Numbered from the stretch's first letter, positions 17,283 through 27,012 are shown. The stretch is 64,000 nt of DNA from an uncultured Acidobacteriaceae bacterium (GCA_963713465.1 CAVQLZ010000019.1:720945-784944), one strand, 5' to 3'. Program-made: numbers and translations. Notes: generated from the sequence alone by a model not told the origin.

Positions 17283-17409
17283 ACACACGAAATCCGGAAC
17301 GGCTAACCCTTACGACTTTAGTATCCTGCGACCCTGCCCCTTGTGACTTTTATCACAGCTAGCAGATTGAGGTTATGGCTAAGGTTATTAAATGTGTCTA
17401 AGGAGCGGC

Positions 17410-20157
17410 ATGGCCCGGACCGTAGAAGAAGTCAACCTCTCGCCCAGCGATCACGATCCATCTCTGGATAGGCTGGCGGAAAACGAAGAACGATTTCGGC
17501 AACTGTTGGAGGCGCTGCCGGAAGCCGTTCTGGTGAACAGCAACAACAAAATAGTCTTTGTCAATCCCTTCTGCGTTCGACTATTCGGTGCGCGGGAACC
17601 GGAGCAGCTTCTTGGCAGAGGCGTTTCCGATTTCGTAGGCGCCTCTTACCTGCCGCTGGTAAGGAGTCGCATGCAGGCGTGCTACTCGAGCGGACTGGCC
17701 GCTCCTCCCATGGAATTGACGGCGATCGCCTGCGATGGCTCGCGCGTGGCTATCGAAGCTGCTGCCACTGCAATCTCCTGGAACGGAGCGCCAGCCATCG
17801 CGGTGGTTCTGCGTAACGTCAGGGAACGCAAGCGGGCGCAGGCGGCGGCCCGAGAATGGCAGAAACGCCTGGAACTGGCGCAGAAGGCCGGCCTGCGGAT
17901 CGGATTGTGGGACTGGGACGTCGGCGCCCACACGGTGACTTGGTCCAACGAAAGCTACCGCCAGTTCGGATTCGAACCCGATACCTTTTCCGGCCGGGTA
18001 GAGGATGTTGCTCCAAGACTTCATCCCGAGGACCGGGCCCGAGTCGAAGAGGCAATCGGGAAAGTCGTGGCGGGCGGCGGAGAGTACGCAGCCCAGTATC
18101 GAGTGGTGCGCCCGGATGGAACGACGTGCTGGATCGATGCCCACGGCGTATTGGTGGGCGATGGTTCGCCGCACATGATCGGCGTTGGGGTCGATATCAC
18201 CGATTCCAAGCGGGCGGAGCAGTCACTGCACGACAGCGAGGCAAAGTATCTGCTGTTGTTGAATTCGACCGCGGAAGCCATTTACGGAATCGATCTAAAG
18301 GGGAACTGCACATTTTGCAATGCAGCGTGCGTAAACCTGTTGGGCTACTCCGCTCCGGAAGACCTGCTTGGGAAAAATGTGCATGCCCTGATACACCACA
18401 CGCGACCCCACGGCGGTTATTACCCCGAGTCAGAATGCGAAATCTATGCAGCCGTACGTAAAGGCAGGCCTGGTCACGTGGCCTGTGAAGTACTGTGGCG
18501 AGCGGATGGTACCAGCTTTCCGGCGGAGTACTGGTCTTATCCGATGTACAAGGCCGGTGAACTCGTCGGCGGGGTGGTCACTTTTCTCGATATCTCGGAG
18601 CGCAAGCAGGCGGAAGAATCGCTGCGCACATCGGAAGAGAAATACCGCAAGCTGTTCGAGAACGCCACCTACGGCATCTTTCGATCGGAGCGGGACGGAA
18701 CTTTGCTGGACGTGAACCCGGCCCTGGTGAGCATGCTGGGTTACCGTTCAAGAGAGGAGTTGCTGGCGCGCAATTTAAGCCGCGACATCTATGAAGACCC
18801 AGCCGCGCGTCAGTCGATTCTGGAGCGGTACGGTCCCAGCGGGCGCGTGGACGGTGCCGAAGTCAATTGGAAATGCAAAGATGGCAAGCTCATCGTTGTT
18901 CGGATAAGCGGAGGGGCGGTCCGCCTGGCGAACGGCACAATCAGCCATTTCGAAGTCATCGTCGAGGACGTGACGGAACGGCGGAGGCTGGAGGAGCAAT
19001 TCCGCCAAACGCAGAGGATGGAGGCGATCGGGCTTTTGGCGGGAGGAATCTCGCACGAATTCAATAACCTTCTGGCCGTCATTCTTGGCAATTCCGAACT
19101 TCTGCTCGACACCCCACAATCCGGAGCCCAGCAACGCTATGCGGAGGAGATCAGGAAAGCCAGCGACCGCGCGGCCCTATTGACCCGACAGTTGTTGGCC
19201 TTTAGCCGGAAACAAGTGCTCCACCCGATTGTCCTCGACCTGAATACAGTGGTGCGCGAGATGGCAAAAGTCCTGCAACGCATGCTGGGCGAGGACGTGC
19301 GGGTTGTGACTACTTTGCAGAAGCGACCAGGGTCGGTCAGGGCAGATCGCGGACAAATCGAGCAGATACTAATGAACCTGGCTACGAACGCGCGCGATGC
19401 CATGCCCGATGGCGGCAAATTTTCCATCTGCACCGAAAATGCCGCAGTGAGCGAGGCCGACGCGGCTCGACATCCTGACCTCAAGCCCGGACGTTACGTT
19501 CGACTCTCGGTGAGCGACACGGGCGTGGGAATGAGCGAGGAGGTGCGCTGCCGCGTTCTGGAACCTTTCTTCAGCACGAAACCCATCGGGCAGGGCACCG
19601 GGCTGGGCCTGTCAACGGTATACGGAATGGTTAAACAGAGCGGTGGTTGTATTTCGATTACGAGCGCACTCGGAGCTGGGGCCACTTTCGACATCTATCT
19701 TCCCCGCACGGAGGAGAAGCCCGTCATACTATCTACCGACGTATTCGAGGTGCGAAGCGAATACCCGGGAGGAACGGAGACCATTCTGTTGCTAGAAGAC
19801 GAGGACGCCGTACGGCAAGTTACCTACGAATTTCTTGTCGCCAGTGGCTATAACGTCCTGCAAGCCCGGCGCGGGGACCATGCCTTTGAGCTGGCCGGAC
19901 TGTACCCCGGTTGCATTTCTCTGATCATCAGCGACGTGGTGCTGCCTGACATGAATGGACCCGCAGCGGTGAAGAGAGTGCAGGCATTACACCCCGGAGC
20001 CAAAGCCTTATATGTCTCCGGACATGTCGAAGCCGCGGTGGCGCAACAACTGATTGCGGAGAAAGCAATGCTCATGCAGAAGCCGGTGTCGCGAAGAGAC
20101 CTGCTGGGGAAAGTTGACGAAATCCTTCATCCGGCCGCGTCGCTCGGCTATCAGTAA
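17410..20157 (+). CDS. hybrid sensor histidine kinase / response regulator with multiple PAS domains
   Basis: H-box HEFNNLL, N box NLATNARDAM, G2 box GTGLGLSTVYG and a C-terminal receiver (LLLEDED...SDVVLPDMNG...K). aaggag lies before ATG 17410, and the ORF is open from 17392. Confidence 0.9.
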   Translation: MARTVEEVNLSPSDHDPSLDRLAENEERFRQLLEALPEAVLVNSNNKIVFVNPFCVRLFGAREPEQLLGRGVSDFVGASYLPLVRSRMQACYSSGLAAPPMELTAIACDGSRVAIEAAATAISWNGAPAIAVVLRNVRERKRAQAAAREWQKRLELAQKAGLRIGLWDWDVGAHTVTWSNESYRQFGFEPDTFSGRVEDVAPRLHPEDRARVEEAIGKVVAGGGEYAAQYRVVRPDGTTCWIDAHGVLVGDGSPHMIGVGVDITDSKRAEQSLHDSEAKYLLLLNSTAEAIYGIDLKGNCTFCNAACVNLLGYSAPEDLLGKNVHALIHHTRPHGGYYPESECEIYAAVRKGRPGHVACEVLWRADGTSFPAEYWSYPMYKAGELVGGVVTFLDISERKQAEESLRTSEEKYRKLFENATYGIFRSERDGTLLDVNPALVSMLGYRSREELLARNLSRDIYEDPAARQSILERYGPSGRVDGAEVNWKCKDGKLIVVRISGGAVRLANGTISHFEVIVEDVTERRRLEEQFRQTQRMEAIGLLAGGISHEFNNLLAVILGNSELLLDTPQSGAQQRYAEEIRKASDRAALLTRQLLAFSRKQVLHPIVLDLNTVVREMAKVLQRMLGEDVRVVTTLQKRPGSVRADRGQIEQILMNLATNARDAMPDGGKFSICTENAAVSEADAARHPDLKPGRYVRLSVSDTGVGMSEEVRCRVLEPFFSTKPIGQGTGLGLSTVYGMVKQSGGCISITSALGAGATFDIYLPRTEEKPVILSTDVFEVRSEYPGGTETILLLEDEDAVRQVTYEFLVASGYNVLQARRGDHAFELAGLYPGCISLIISDVVLPDMNGPAAVKRVQALHPGAKALYVSGHVEAAVAQQLIAEKAMLMQKPVSRRDLLGKVDEILHPAASLGYQ

Positions 20158-20457
20158 GCTTCCATTTGCCGCGGCCGATTGCTCAGCGTGCGTCCCGTTG
20201 TCGGGTACGCGTCGAAGAAACCGGCGATGTGTCGGCAATGACACACGGTCTCTAGAATTCCTGCGCGTGCCTCGTTGAGTTGGTGCCGTACGCGCCAAGT
20301 CGCGCCGCTCGACGCATTTCTTAGTGAAACTCACGAATTATCACCAGCGCCTGTGTCGTTCGTCACCGACCGCCTTTTGGCAAGTGTTCTATTGGTGTCT
20401 CCATCAGCAGTTTCCGCAATCAATCTCACTCCCGGGAAGGGCAAAGAGGAAACCGCC

Positions 20458-20838
20458 ATGAACCCACCTTTCGAGAATCCGTTTGCCAGCATCGAAGACG
20501 CGCATGAATACCTCACGCTATTAGCCGAGACCATTTTCGAGACCAAACTCGAAATCGAAGCCGACGTCGCAAGAGAATCCGACGGGAACTTCCCCCGCCG
20601 CACGGAAGCCTTGAAGCTTGCGTTGTACACGCTGACCAGGCTGGAATTCCACATGCTCAGGAGCCGAAGAATTCTGAACGACCTGCGCACGCTGCGGCGG
20701 CTGCTGTTTGAAGAGCGGACGCTTACGGCCATGACGCAGAGGCCGCAGGCCGACGGCCAGGCGCGAGCCGAGACCCTCTATTCCGCCGCGACCTATCGGT
20801 CGCTGCACCCGGTGAACGGTCCCGTCGCCAGCGCGTGA
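20458..20838 (+). CDS. hypothetical protein (126 aa)
   Basis: ATG 20458 is preceded by aagagga. No family recognised. Confidence 0.5.
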   Translation: MNPPFENPFASIEDAHEYLTLLAETIFETKLEIEADVARESDGNFPRRTEALKLALYTLTRLEFHMLRSRRILNDLRTLRRLLFEERTLTAMTQRPQADGQARAETLYSAATYRSLHPVNGPVASA

Positions 20839-20851
20839 ACAAGGTTCGCGT

Positions 20852-22093
20852 TCACCCCAGGTATCGCAGGAAATGCCCCGGCGAGTTGTCGAAGCCGGGG
20901 AACACGGCGTTGAGCTGCGTATTGCCGAGGTGATGCGCGACGGCCTCGCCCAGCACGCGACGGAAATCGGTGGTGAGCGCGAGATCGCGGCCCTCGTTGA
21001 GCTGGGAGGGATCGAGGCCGGGCCAGCGTCCGTAGACGCGGCCGCCGCGCACCCGGCCGCCGAGGACGAACATCACGTTGGCGTGACCGTGGTCGGTGCC
21101 GCGATTGCCATTCTCGCGCGCCGTGCGCCCGAACTCCGACATGGTGACGATTACCGTGTCCTCGCCCAGAGGACCGAGGTCGGTCCAGAAGGCGGCGATG
21201 GATTGCGAGAAGTCGCGCAGGACGTTCGACAGTTGCCCCTCGACAGCGCCTTCGTTCACGTGGTGGTCCCAGCCGCCGATGTCGGTAAAGGCGATCTGTA
21301 CGCCGAGGTTCGCTTTGATGAGTTGCGCCGTCTGCCGCAGCGCATCCCCAAATCGGCCCTTGGGATAATTGGCGCCGGGCGCGGGCGTGTAGTGTTGCGG
21401 GTCGGCTGACTTCAGCATCTTGACGGCGTCGAAGGTTTCCTGGCCGGTGCCGTGCAGCACCGTGTCGACCGATTGCGCGTACATGGCTTCGAACGTATTG
21501 CCGAGCGGTGCGGCTGCGGCATTGCCGCCGGCGATTCCAAACGAGTTGACGTTGCTTACCGCGACGGCCGAAGCCTTACCGGAGAGAATGCGCGGCAGCG
21601 ACGGCCCGAGAGCCACGGCCTGAAACGGAGAATCAACGGGCTCGTGTTCCGTTTGCAATGTGCGATTCAGCCATCCGTCCTGCGTGCTCTTCACGCCCGG
21701 CGTGCCCGATTCCATGTAGTCTTGCGCGTCAAAGTGAGAGCGCGTAGTGTCCGGCGAGCCGGCGGCGTGCACGATCGCGAGATGCCCCTCGTCCCACAGC
21801 GGCTTGAATGACGCGAGCGAGGGATGCAGCCCGAAGAAGCCGTTAAGGTCGATGACCTGCGCGCGCGGGATGTTGATGCTAGGCCGCATGGCGTAGTACG
21901 ACGGCTCGGCGTGCGGGACGACGATGTTCAATCCGTCGGCTGCGCCGCGTTGGAAGATGACCACCAGCCGCTTGTTGGCCGGTGAGCTGACGGCGCCCCA
22001 AGCAGCGCGAGTAAGAAAGGATGGAACGGCCGCCGTGCCGACAACCGCCATGGCGCCGTGTTTGAGAAATGCGCGTCGAGTAAGCATAAGCAA
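20852..22093 (-). CDS. DUF1501 (sulfatase-like) protein with Tat signal
   Basis: TRRAFLKHG twin-arginine motif, plus the GSPDTTRSHFDAQ, GGWDHH and GTDHGH motifs. Confidence 0.85.
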   Translation of the reverse strand: MLMLTRRAFLKHGAMAVVGTAAVPSFLTRAAWGAVSSPANKRLVVIFQRGAADGLNIVVPHAEPSYYAMRPSINIPRAQVIDLNGFFGLHPSLASFKPLWDEGHLAIVHAAGSPDTTRSHFDAQDYMESGTPGVKSTQDGWLNRTLQTEHEPVDSPFQAVALGPSLPRILSGKASAVAVSNVNSFGIAGGNAAAAPLGNTFEAMYAQSVDTVLHGTGQETFDAVKMLKSADPQHYTPAPGANYPKGRFGDALRQTAQLIKANLGVQIAFTDIGGWDHHVNEGAVEGQLSNVLRDFSQSIAAFWTDLGPLGEDTVIVTMSEFGRTARENGNRGTDHGHANVMFVLGGRVRGGRVYGRWPGLDPSQLNEGRDLALTTDFRRVLGEAVAHHLGNTQLNAVFPGFDNSPGHFLRYLG

Positions 22094-22230
22094 TCAGCAA
22101 CCAGCAAAGATCAGCAAATTCAGCAACTAGCGACTAGCGGCGAAAGCGAAAACCATGGCTTGCTTTCAAAGACAGCAACGACTGCGTGATACAAGAAACC
22201 AGTTGCTAGTTGCTAGTTGCTAATTGCTGG
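22088..22230. repeat. heptamer-arm inverted repeat (AGCAACT / AGTTGCT words)
   Basis: Left arm ...cagcaaattcagcaactagcgactagcgg. Right arm ccagttgctagttgctagttgctaattgctgg. It lies between two co-directional minus-strand genes. Confidence 0.8.
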
Positions 22231-22232
22231 TT

Positions 22233-24119
22233 TCACTTCCTTTGAAACTCTGGCGAGCCCAGCAGCAGGCCCGCAATCACGTTGATGTTCGGCGGGTGAT
22301 TCCCTGGCTGCGCTTCGGCCGCCGTTTCCGGTGCGACAATCTGCCGCTCAATGGTGTCGTGTGTCTGCTGCGAGATGTTGCCCGCCAGCAACGCCTGCTC
22401 CAACTGAAGCTGCGCCTCATAAGGGTCAGAGTCCGCCACGGGTAGCGTCGCCGGAGCGCTCATCAGTTGCGCAACATCGAAACTGGTCCCCTGCAGCTTG
22501 TTGGCGGTCAGCGCCAGGCCGAAGTTCATGCGATCAAGCAGCGCCGCCGAGTTCACCCACACCCCCGATTTCGTGGAATAGCCGGTGGGAGGCTGACATC
22601 CATAAAGCGGCTCGCCCATCCTGTTCAGGGTGCCAAGCAGCGGCTGCGGGTCGGTGACCTCGGCCTCGGTGGCGCGCAATGACGACGCAACAAATTCGAA
22701 CGGCGTCTTCACACGCGCGCGATACACATCCGGCGTCCAGAATTCCGGCGATCGAAACATGGTGCGCAGTACCTCGCGGATGTCGCCGTCGCTCTTCAGG
22801 AATGTCTTTGCCATAGCGTTGACCAGCGACTGCGGCGGATTGTCGGAGACGAAGCGCTGCGCCAGTTCGGTCGAGATGAACCGTGCCGTGGCCGGCTGAT
22901 GCGCGAGCATGTTCAGCACCTGCAAGCCCTCGTCCTCGCCATCTTCTTTTATGCGGTGGCCGAGGACGGTCTTGGGGCCGGGCTCATGCAATCGCGGACG
23001 GAAGATGAAGCCGCCGCCGCGCTGCGGCTCATCGATGGTCCAGCCGGTAAAGACGCGCGCGACTTCGGTAACGTCTTTCTGGGTGTAGCCGCCGTTGACG
23101 CCTAGCGTGTGCAGCTCCATCAGCTCGCGCGCGTAGTTCTCGTTCAATCCGCTGCGGCGGCGCGGACCCGGGTTAGCGCCCGATGGACGCGAACCTGCGG
23201 CACCAGGCTGCGGGTAGAGCCAGGGACGTCGTGCGCGGTTCGGTATGGCCGGATGCGCGGGACGACCCAGCGCCGCATCGGAGTTGGGACCCTCGCTTTG
23301 CCAGTTGTCCAAGTAGAACAGCATGGCCGGGCTCTGCGCGGTCGCAATCAGCAGGTCCTTGAACTTGCCCAGCACTCGCGGACGAATCACGTCGCGCTCG
23401 TAGGCCGTCACCAGGTAACGGTCCGCGCCCTTGCCGATGAAGATATTGAAGTGATTGAACCAGAAATCGGTGAGCACTTCCTCCAACTGCCGCTGGCTGT
23501 ACACCGCGCGCAATAGCTTCGCCGACTGCACTTCCTGATCGACCACCGCCTCGGGATGGTTCAGCGCGATCACCGTTTCGCGCTGCTCGGGCGAAAGCCC
23601 AGCCAGCAGCGCCTGCCGCTTGGGATACGGAATGGCTTGCAGCAGGTCGTGCTGCTCAGCCACCGGCAGGTTGAGGATGCGTTGCATCCGCGCTTCGGGC
23701 GGCAGCGCGATCAGCTCGTCAACTACGCTGCGCGCCTCGCGGCGGGCGAGTTGCCTATGGGCAAGATCAGCCGCCGGGACATGGCTCGCAGAGGCATTCA
23801 TTGCCATTGCGGAATCGTTGGTACTCGCAGCGGCAGGCGACACGGCGCCCGTGACCGCATTCTGTTTTTTATCTTGCTTCTCCTCAACCCGGTCGATGGC
23901 AGCCGCGTAGATCGCGTGCTCGTAAACACCTTGCGGCATCGCGAGCTTGCCATCCATCACGGCTTTAGCTACAGGATTGGGAGGAAAGGCGAAGACCATC
24001 TGCCGCGTGCTCATCTGCAGCGTGCGATAACCCGCGATCCGCGCCTGCATCGCACTGTCGTCGATTCTCTCGGGATGAAGCTGCTGATCGATCCATTTAT
24101 CCACGCCCATCGCCATCAC
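22233..24119 (-). CDS. DUF1800 protein (as called; the true 5' end is probably at 24290, with a frameshift)
   Basis: 628-aa ORF adjacent to the DUF1501 gene, which is the usual pairing. See the finding for the displaced signal peptide. Confidence 0.85.
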   Translation of the reverse strand: MMAMGVDKWIDQQLHPERIDDSAMQARIAGYRTLQMSTRQMVFAFPPNPVAKAVMDGKLAMPQGVYEHAIYAAAIDRVEEKQDKKQNAVTGAVSPAAASTNDSAMAMNASASHVPAADLAHRQLARREARSVVDELIALPPEARMQRILNLPVAEQHDLLQAIPYPKRQALLAGLSPEQRETVIALNHPEAVVDQEVQSAKLLRAVYSQRQLEEVLTDFWFNHFNIFIGKGADRYLVTAYERDVIRPRVLGKFKDLLIATAQSPAMLFYLDNWQSEGPNSDAALGRPAHPAIPNRARRPWLYPQPGAAGSRPSGANPGPRRRSGLNENYARELMELHTLGVNGGYTQKDVTEVARVFTGWTIDEPQRGGGFIFRPRLHEPGPKTVLGHRIKEDGEDEGLQVLNMLAHQPATARFISTELAQRFVSDNPPQSLVNAMAKTFLKSDGDIREVLRTMFRSPEFWTPDVYRARVKTPFEFVASSLRATEAEVTDPQPLLGTLNRMGEPLYGCQPPTGYSTKSGVWVNSAALLDRMNFGLALTANKLQGTSFDVAQLMSAPATLPVADSDPYEAQLQLEQALLAGNISQQTHDTIERQIVAPETAAEAQPGNHPPNINVIAGLLLGSPEFQRK

Positions 24120-24493
24120 GGCATCGACGTCGCCGGGACGTGGTCCGAAGGTGAGACGGTCGAGAGCATGTAACGCGCGCTGCCGCTGCTCGGCCGCGGA
24201 GGTAGGCTTCTGCTTCTTGGCATAAACGAGAACGCACAGGCGCGCACAACACCATCAGCAGAGCGAGGCAGAAGCTTTTCCGGCGCGCCATAGCAGTTCC
24301 CTTCCGCGTTCCCTCTTTATAAACCTGAATATCAGCAAAAGTTTCAGCAGAACGCACAGGCTTGTCGGCAAGCGTCCCCACAAAGCAGCCTCAAAGGGTA
24401 GATGTCGCGGACCGGGCGACCATATCGAGCGCTTGCACCACGTCGCACTAGCCAGTCTTGCGGCTCCACAGTGCATCAAACAGCAATGGCGCG

Positions 24494-24910
24494 ATGCAAA
24501 GCTATCATCTGATCCTGAAGACTGCGGCCGTTGCTTTCGTGGTGATGGTCACCAATGTATTCGGCAATTATGCGTTGAAGCTTGGCCTGAGCAACGGCGC
24601 CGGCGTCGGCGCAAGCTGGGCGCCCATGCCCTACATCCGCGCGCTCGCCCATCCCTGGGTCATCGCCGGCGTACTCCTGATGCTGGCGTGGTTCATTTCG
24701 CGGCTCATGCTGCTCAGTTGGGCGGACCTGAGTTACGTCCTTCCCGTTACCGCCTTCTCTTATGTGCTGAGTGCCCTCGCAGGCGCTATTTTGCTGCATG
24801 AAACCGTGTCGCCGGTTCATTGGGTGGGCATTGGCCTGATCACGCTGGGGACCGGCTTCACCATCTTCACCCGTCCCGGAACTACGCCCCCCGGTGGCGT
24901 CGACTTATGA
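24494..24910 (+). CDS. small EamA/DMT-like membrane protein (half-size)
   Basis: Four predicted hydrophobic helices. ATG 24494 lies within ORF 24458-24910. Confidence 0.6.
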   Translation: MQSYHLILKTAAVAFVVMVTNVFGNYALKLGLSNGAGVGASWAPMPYIRALAHPWVIAGVLLMLAWFISRLMLLSWADLSYVLPVTAFSYVLSALAGAILLHETVSPVHWVGIGLITLGTGFTIFTRPGTTPPGGVDL

Positions 24911-25269
24911 AATGGATGCTGGTTGCGCTGGTCGTCGTTCCCGGCACCATCGGCGATGTGTTGAACAGCGCCGGCATGAAGCGGCAGGGCGAGCTCACGG
25001 ACTGGAGCCTGCACGGCCTGCTGTGCTTCGCGCGCGACGTTGCGCAGAACTGGTACATCCTCCTGGGCATGCCGGCGATGGCGCTTTCCTTCTTCGCGCT
25101 GATGGCACTGCTCTCCACCACAACGCTGGCCTTCGCCGTGCCCGCCACCGCCAGCAGCTACATCATCGAGACTGGCCTGGCCGAGTACCTGCTGAAAGAA
25201 AAAGTCGATTGGCATCGCTGGGCAGGCACAATCCTGGTCGCCATCGGCATCAGTCTACTGGCGCTTTGA
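24907..25269 (+). CDS. small EamA/DMT-like membrane protein (half-size)
   Basis: ATGA overlap with the upstream stop. 120 aa with four hydrophobic helices. Confidence 0.6.
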   Translation: MKWMLVALVVVPGTIGDVLNSAGMKRQGELTDWSLHGLLCFARDVAQNWYILLGMPAMALSFFALMALLSTTTLAFAVPATASSYIIETGLAEYLLKEKVDWHRWAGTILVAIGISLLAL

Positions 25270-26451
25270 ATGCACGACCTACTCTCCATCGCCAAGAACG
25301 GCATCCTCATCGCCATTGTCGCCGACGGGCTGATTGGCATTTCGCTCGTCTGGGACAAGGTGCTGTTGAAGCGCAAAGGTACCAGGAACCTGTTCAGCTA
25401 TGTCTTCTGGCTGGGAGCGATCAGCATCTTCGGGTTGGCGCTCATCCCGTTCGGCTACAACTCCCCCTCACTGTCTGCGATTGTGCTTGCCTTCGTCGCC
25501 GGTGTGGTCGACTTGATCGCTTCGTTCTTCTACTACGCGGCCTTGAAGTCGGGCGAGGCCTCGGAAACGCTGGCCGTCATGGGCGGCTTCTCGCCGGTGG
25601 CCACGGCGGTCTTCAGCTACGCACTGCTGAGCAAGCAGATGTCCGGAATGCAGCTAATCGGCTTCCTGATTATGTGTACGGGCGGGTTCGTGATGTTCTT
25701 CTCCGAGAAGCTGCCGCTGAAGCAGTTGCTGCCTCCGGTGATTTTGGCGGCGGGCTTTTTCGGGCTGGCCAATGTGCTGGAGAAGATGGCTTACGATCGT
25801 ACGAATTTCGTCAGCGGTTATGTGTGGTTCACCATCGGAACCTTCCTGGCGTCGGTCGCGCTACTGGTACCGCCGTCGTGGCGAAAACAGATTTTCGCCG
25901 AGTCAGGGGGCGACGAGCCGCGCAACCGCTTCTGGTATTTCGTGAATCGCTTTGTGGCGGGAGTTGGGTCCTTCCTGGTGGTCTACGCCATCAGCCGCAC
26001 TCATCCGGCGATCGTGTCGGCCATTTCGGGCGTGCGCTACGCCATCATCTTTGTCGGGGCGTTGATGCTGACGAAGCTAAGGCCAAGCTGGCTGAAAGAG
26101 GATTTCCGCACGCCGCAGCTCATAACCAAAGCTGTGGCGACAGGGTTGGTGGTCGCAGGGGTAGCCATCGCCGGACTGGGCGGCGGCAAGACCGGCGGCG
26201 GAGGACCGGCGGCGATGGTGATACCGCGCTCCATCCTCGTGAGAACGGGATCAGGTCCGGTCGGTGCGGTCGGCTTTCAGAACTCCACCGCGGGCGTAAT
26301 TCTCGCGCGGCACCTCGATGAGTGTGATGGACACCGCCTCGGGCTTAACTTCAAGCTCCTCGCACAAAGTCTCGGTGATGCGGCTGACCACTCGCCGCTT
26401 CTGCTCCACCGTGCGGCCCGTCAGCATCGTGATCTGCACATGCGGCATTGA
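25270..26451 (+). CDS. DMT-superfamily (EamA-like) 10-TM transporter with a long non-hydrophobic tail
   Basis: Ten hydrophobic segments up to about residue 300. The last 65 or so codons are antisense to the tautomerase gene. Confidence 0.65.
   Translation: MHDLLSIAKNGILIAIVADGLIGISLVWDKVLLKRKGTRNLFSYVFWLGAISIFGLALIPFGYNSPSLSAIVLAFVAGVVDLIASFFYYAALKSGEASETLAVMGGFSPVATAVFSYALLSKQMSGMQLIGFLIMCTGGFVMFFSEKLPLKQLLPPVILAAGFFGLANVLEKMAYDRTNFVSGYVWFTIGTFLASVALLVPPSWRKQIFAESGGDEPRNRFWYFVNRFVAGVGSFLVVYAISRTHPAIVSAISGVRYAIIFVGALMLTKLRPSWLKEDFRTPQLITKAVATGLVVAGVAIAGLGGGKTGGGGPAAMVIPRSILVRTGSGPVGAVGFQNSTAGVILARHLDECDGHRLGLNFKLLAQSLGDAADHSPLLLHRAARQHRDLHMRH
26251..26448 (-). CDS. 4-oxalocrotonate tautomerase family enzyme
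   Basis: 65 aa starting MPHVQITMLTGRTVEQKRR. It has the Pro-1 and the length typical of the family. Confidence 0.8.
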   Translation of the reverse strand: MPHVQITMLTGRTVEQKRRVVSRITETLCEELEVKPEAVSITLIEVPRENYARGGVLKADRTDRT

Positions 26452-26463
26452 GAGTTCTAAAGC

Positions 26464-26577
26464 AACCACAGAGACACAGAGGCACAGGGTAAGGCAATCA
26501 CAATTTCTGGTCACTTCTGAAACGTGCGTTGAAGCCGACGACTAAGACCAGAGTTTTACCTCTGTGTCTCTGTGGTT
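26464..26577. repeat. perfect 19-bp inverted repeat with low-complexity arms (aaccacagagacacagagg / cctctgtgtctctgtggtt)
   Basis: Read directly. It lies immediately 3' of ndk. Confidence 0.85.
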
Positions 26578-26586
26578 AAGCCTTCC

Positions 26587-27012
26587 TTACTTCGCGAGTT
26601 CGTATCCGGCGAAGAAGTAGCTGATTTCGAAGCGCGCGGTGTCTTCGGCATCGGAGCCATGCACCGCGTTCTTCTCGATGCTCGACGCCCACTTCTTACG
26701 GATAGTGCCCTCGTCGGCCTTCGCCGGATCGGTCGCGCCCATCAACTTGCGGTAGTCGGCGATGGCATCTTCCTTCTCCAACGCCATGACGATGATCGGA
26801 CCGCTCGACATGAAGTCGGTCAGCGACTCGAAGAATGGCCGGTGTATGTGCACCGCGTAGAAGCCTTCGGCCTGGTGCTTGTTGATGTGCAGCATCTTCA
26901 TGCCGACGATGCGAAACTTGTTTTCGAGTAAGGTGTTGATAATGTCGCCCGCCGCGCCGCGTTCGAAGGCGTCGGGCTTGATGATGGAAAGAGTGCGTTG
27001 CAGGGTCTTCAT
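26587..27012 (-). CDS. ndk: nucleoside-diphosphate kinase
   Basis: 141 aa. [10 protein letters not shown]...NAVHGSD active-site region. Confidence 0.95.
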   Translation of the reverse strand: MKTLQRTLSIIKPDAFERGAAGDIINTLLENKFRIVGMKMLHINKHQAEGFYAVHIHRPFFESLTDFMSSGPIIVMALEKEDAIADYRKLMGATDPAKADEGTIRKKWASSIEKNAVHGSDAEDTARFEISYFFAGYELAK

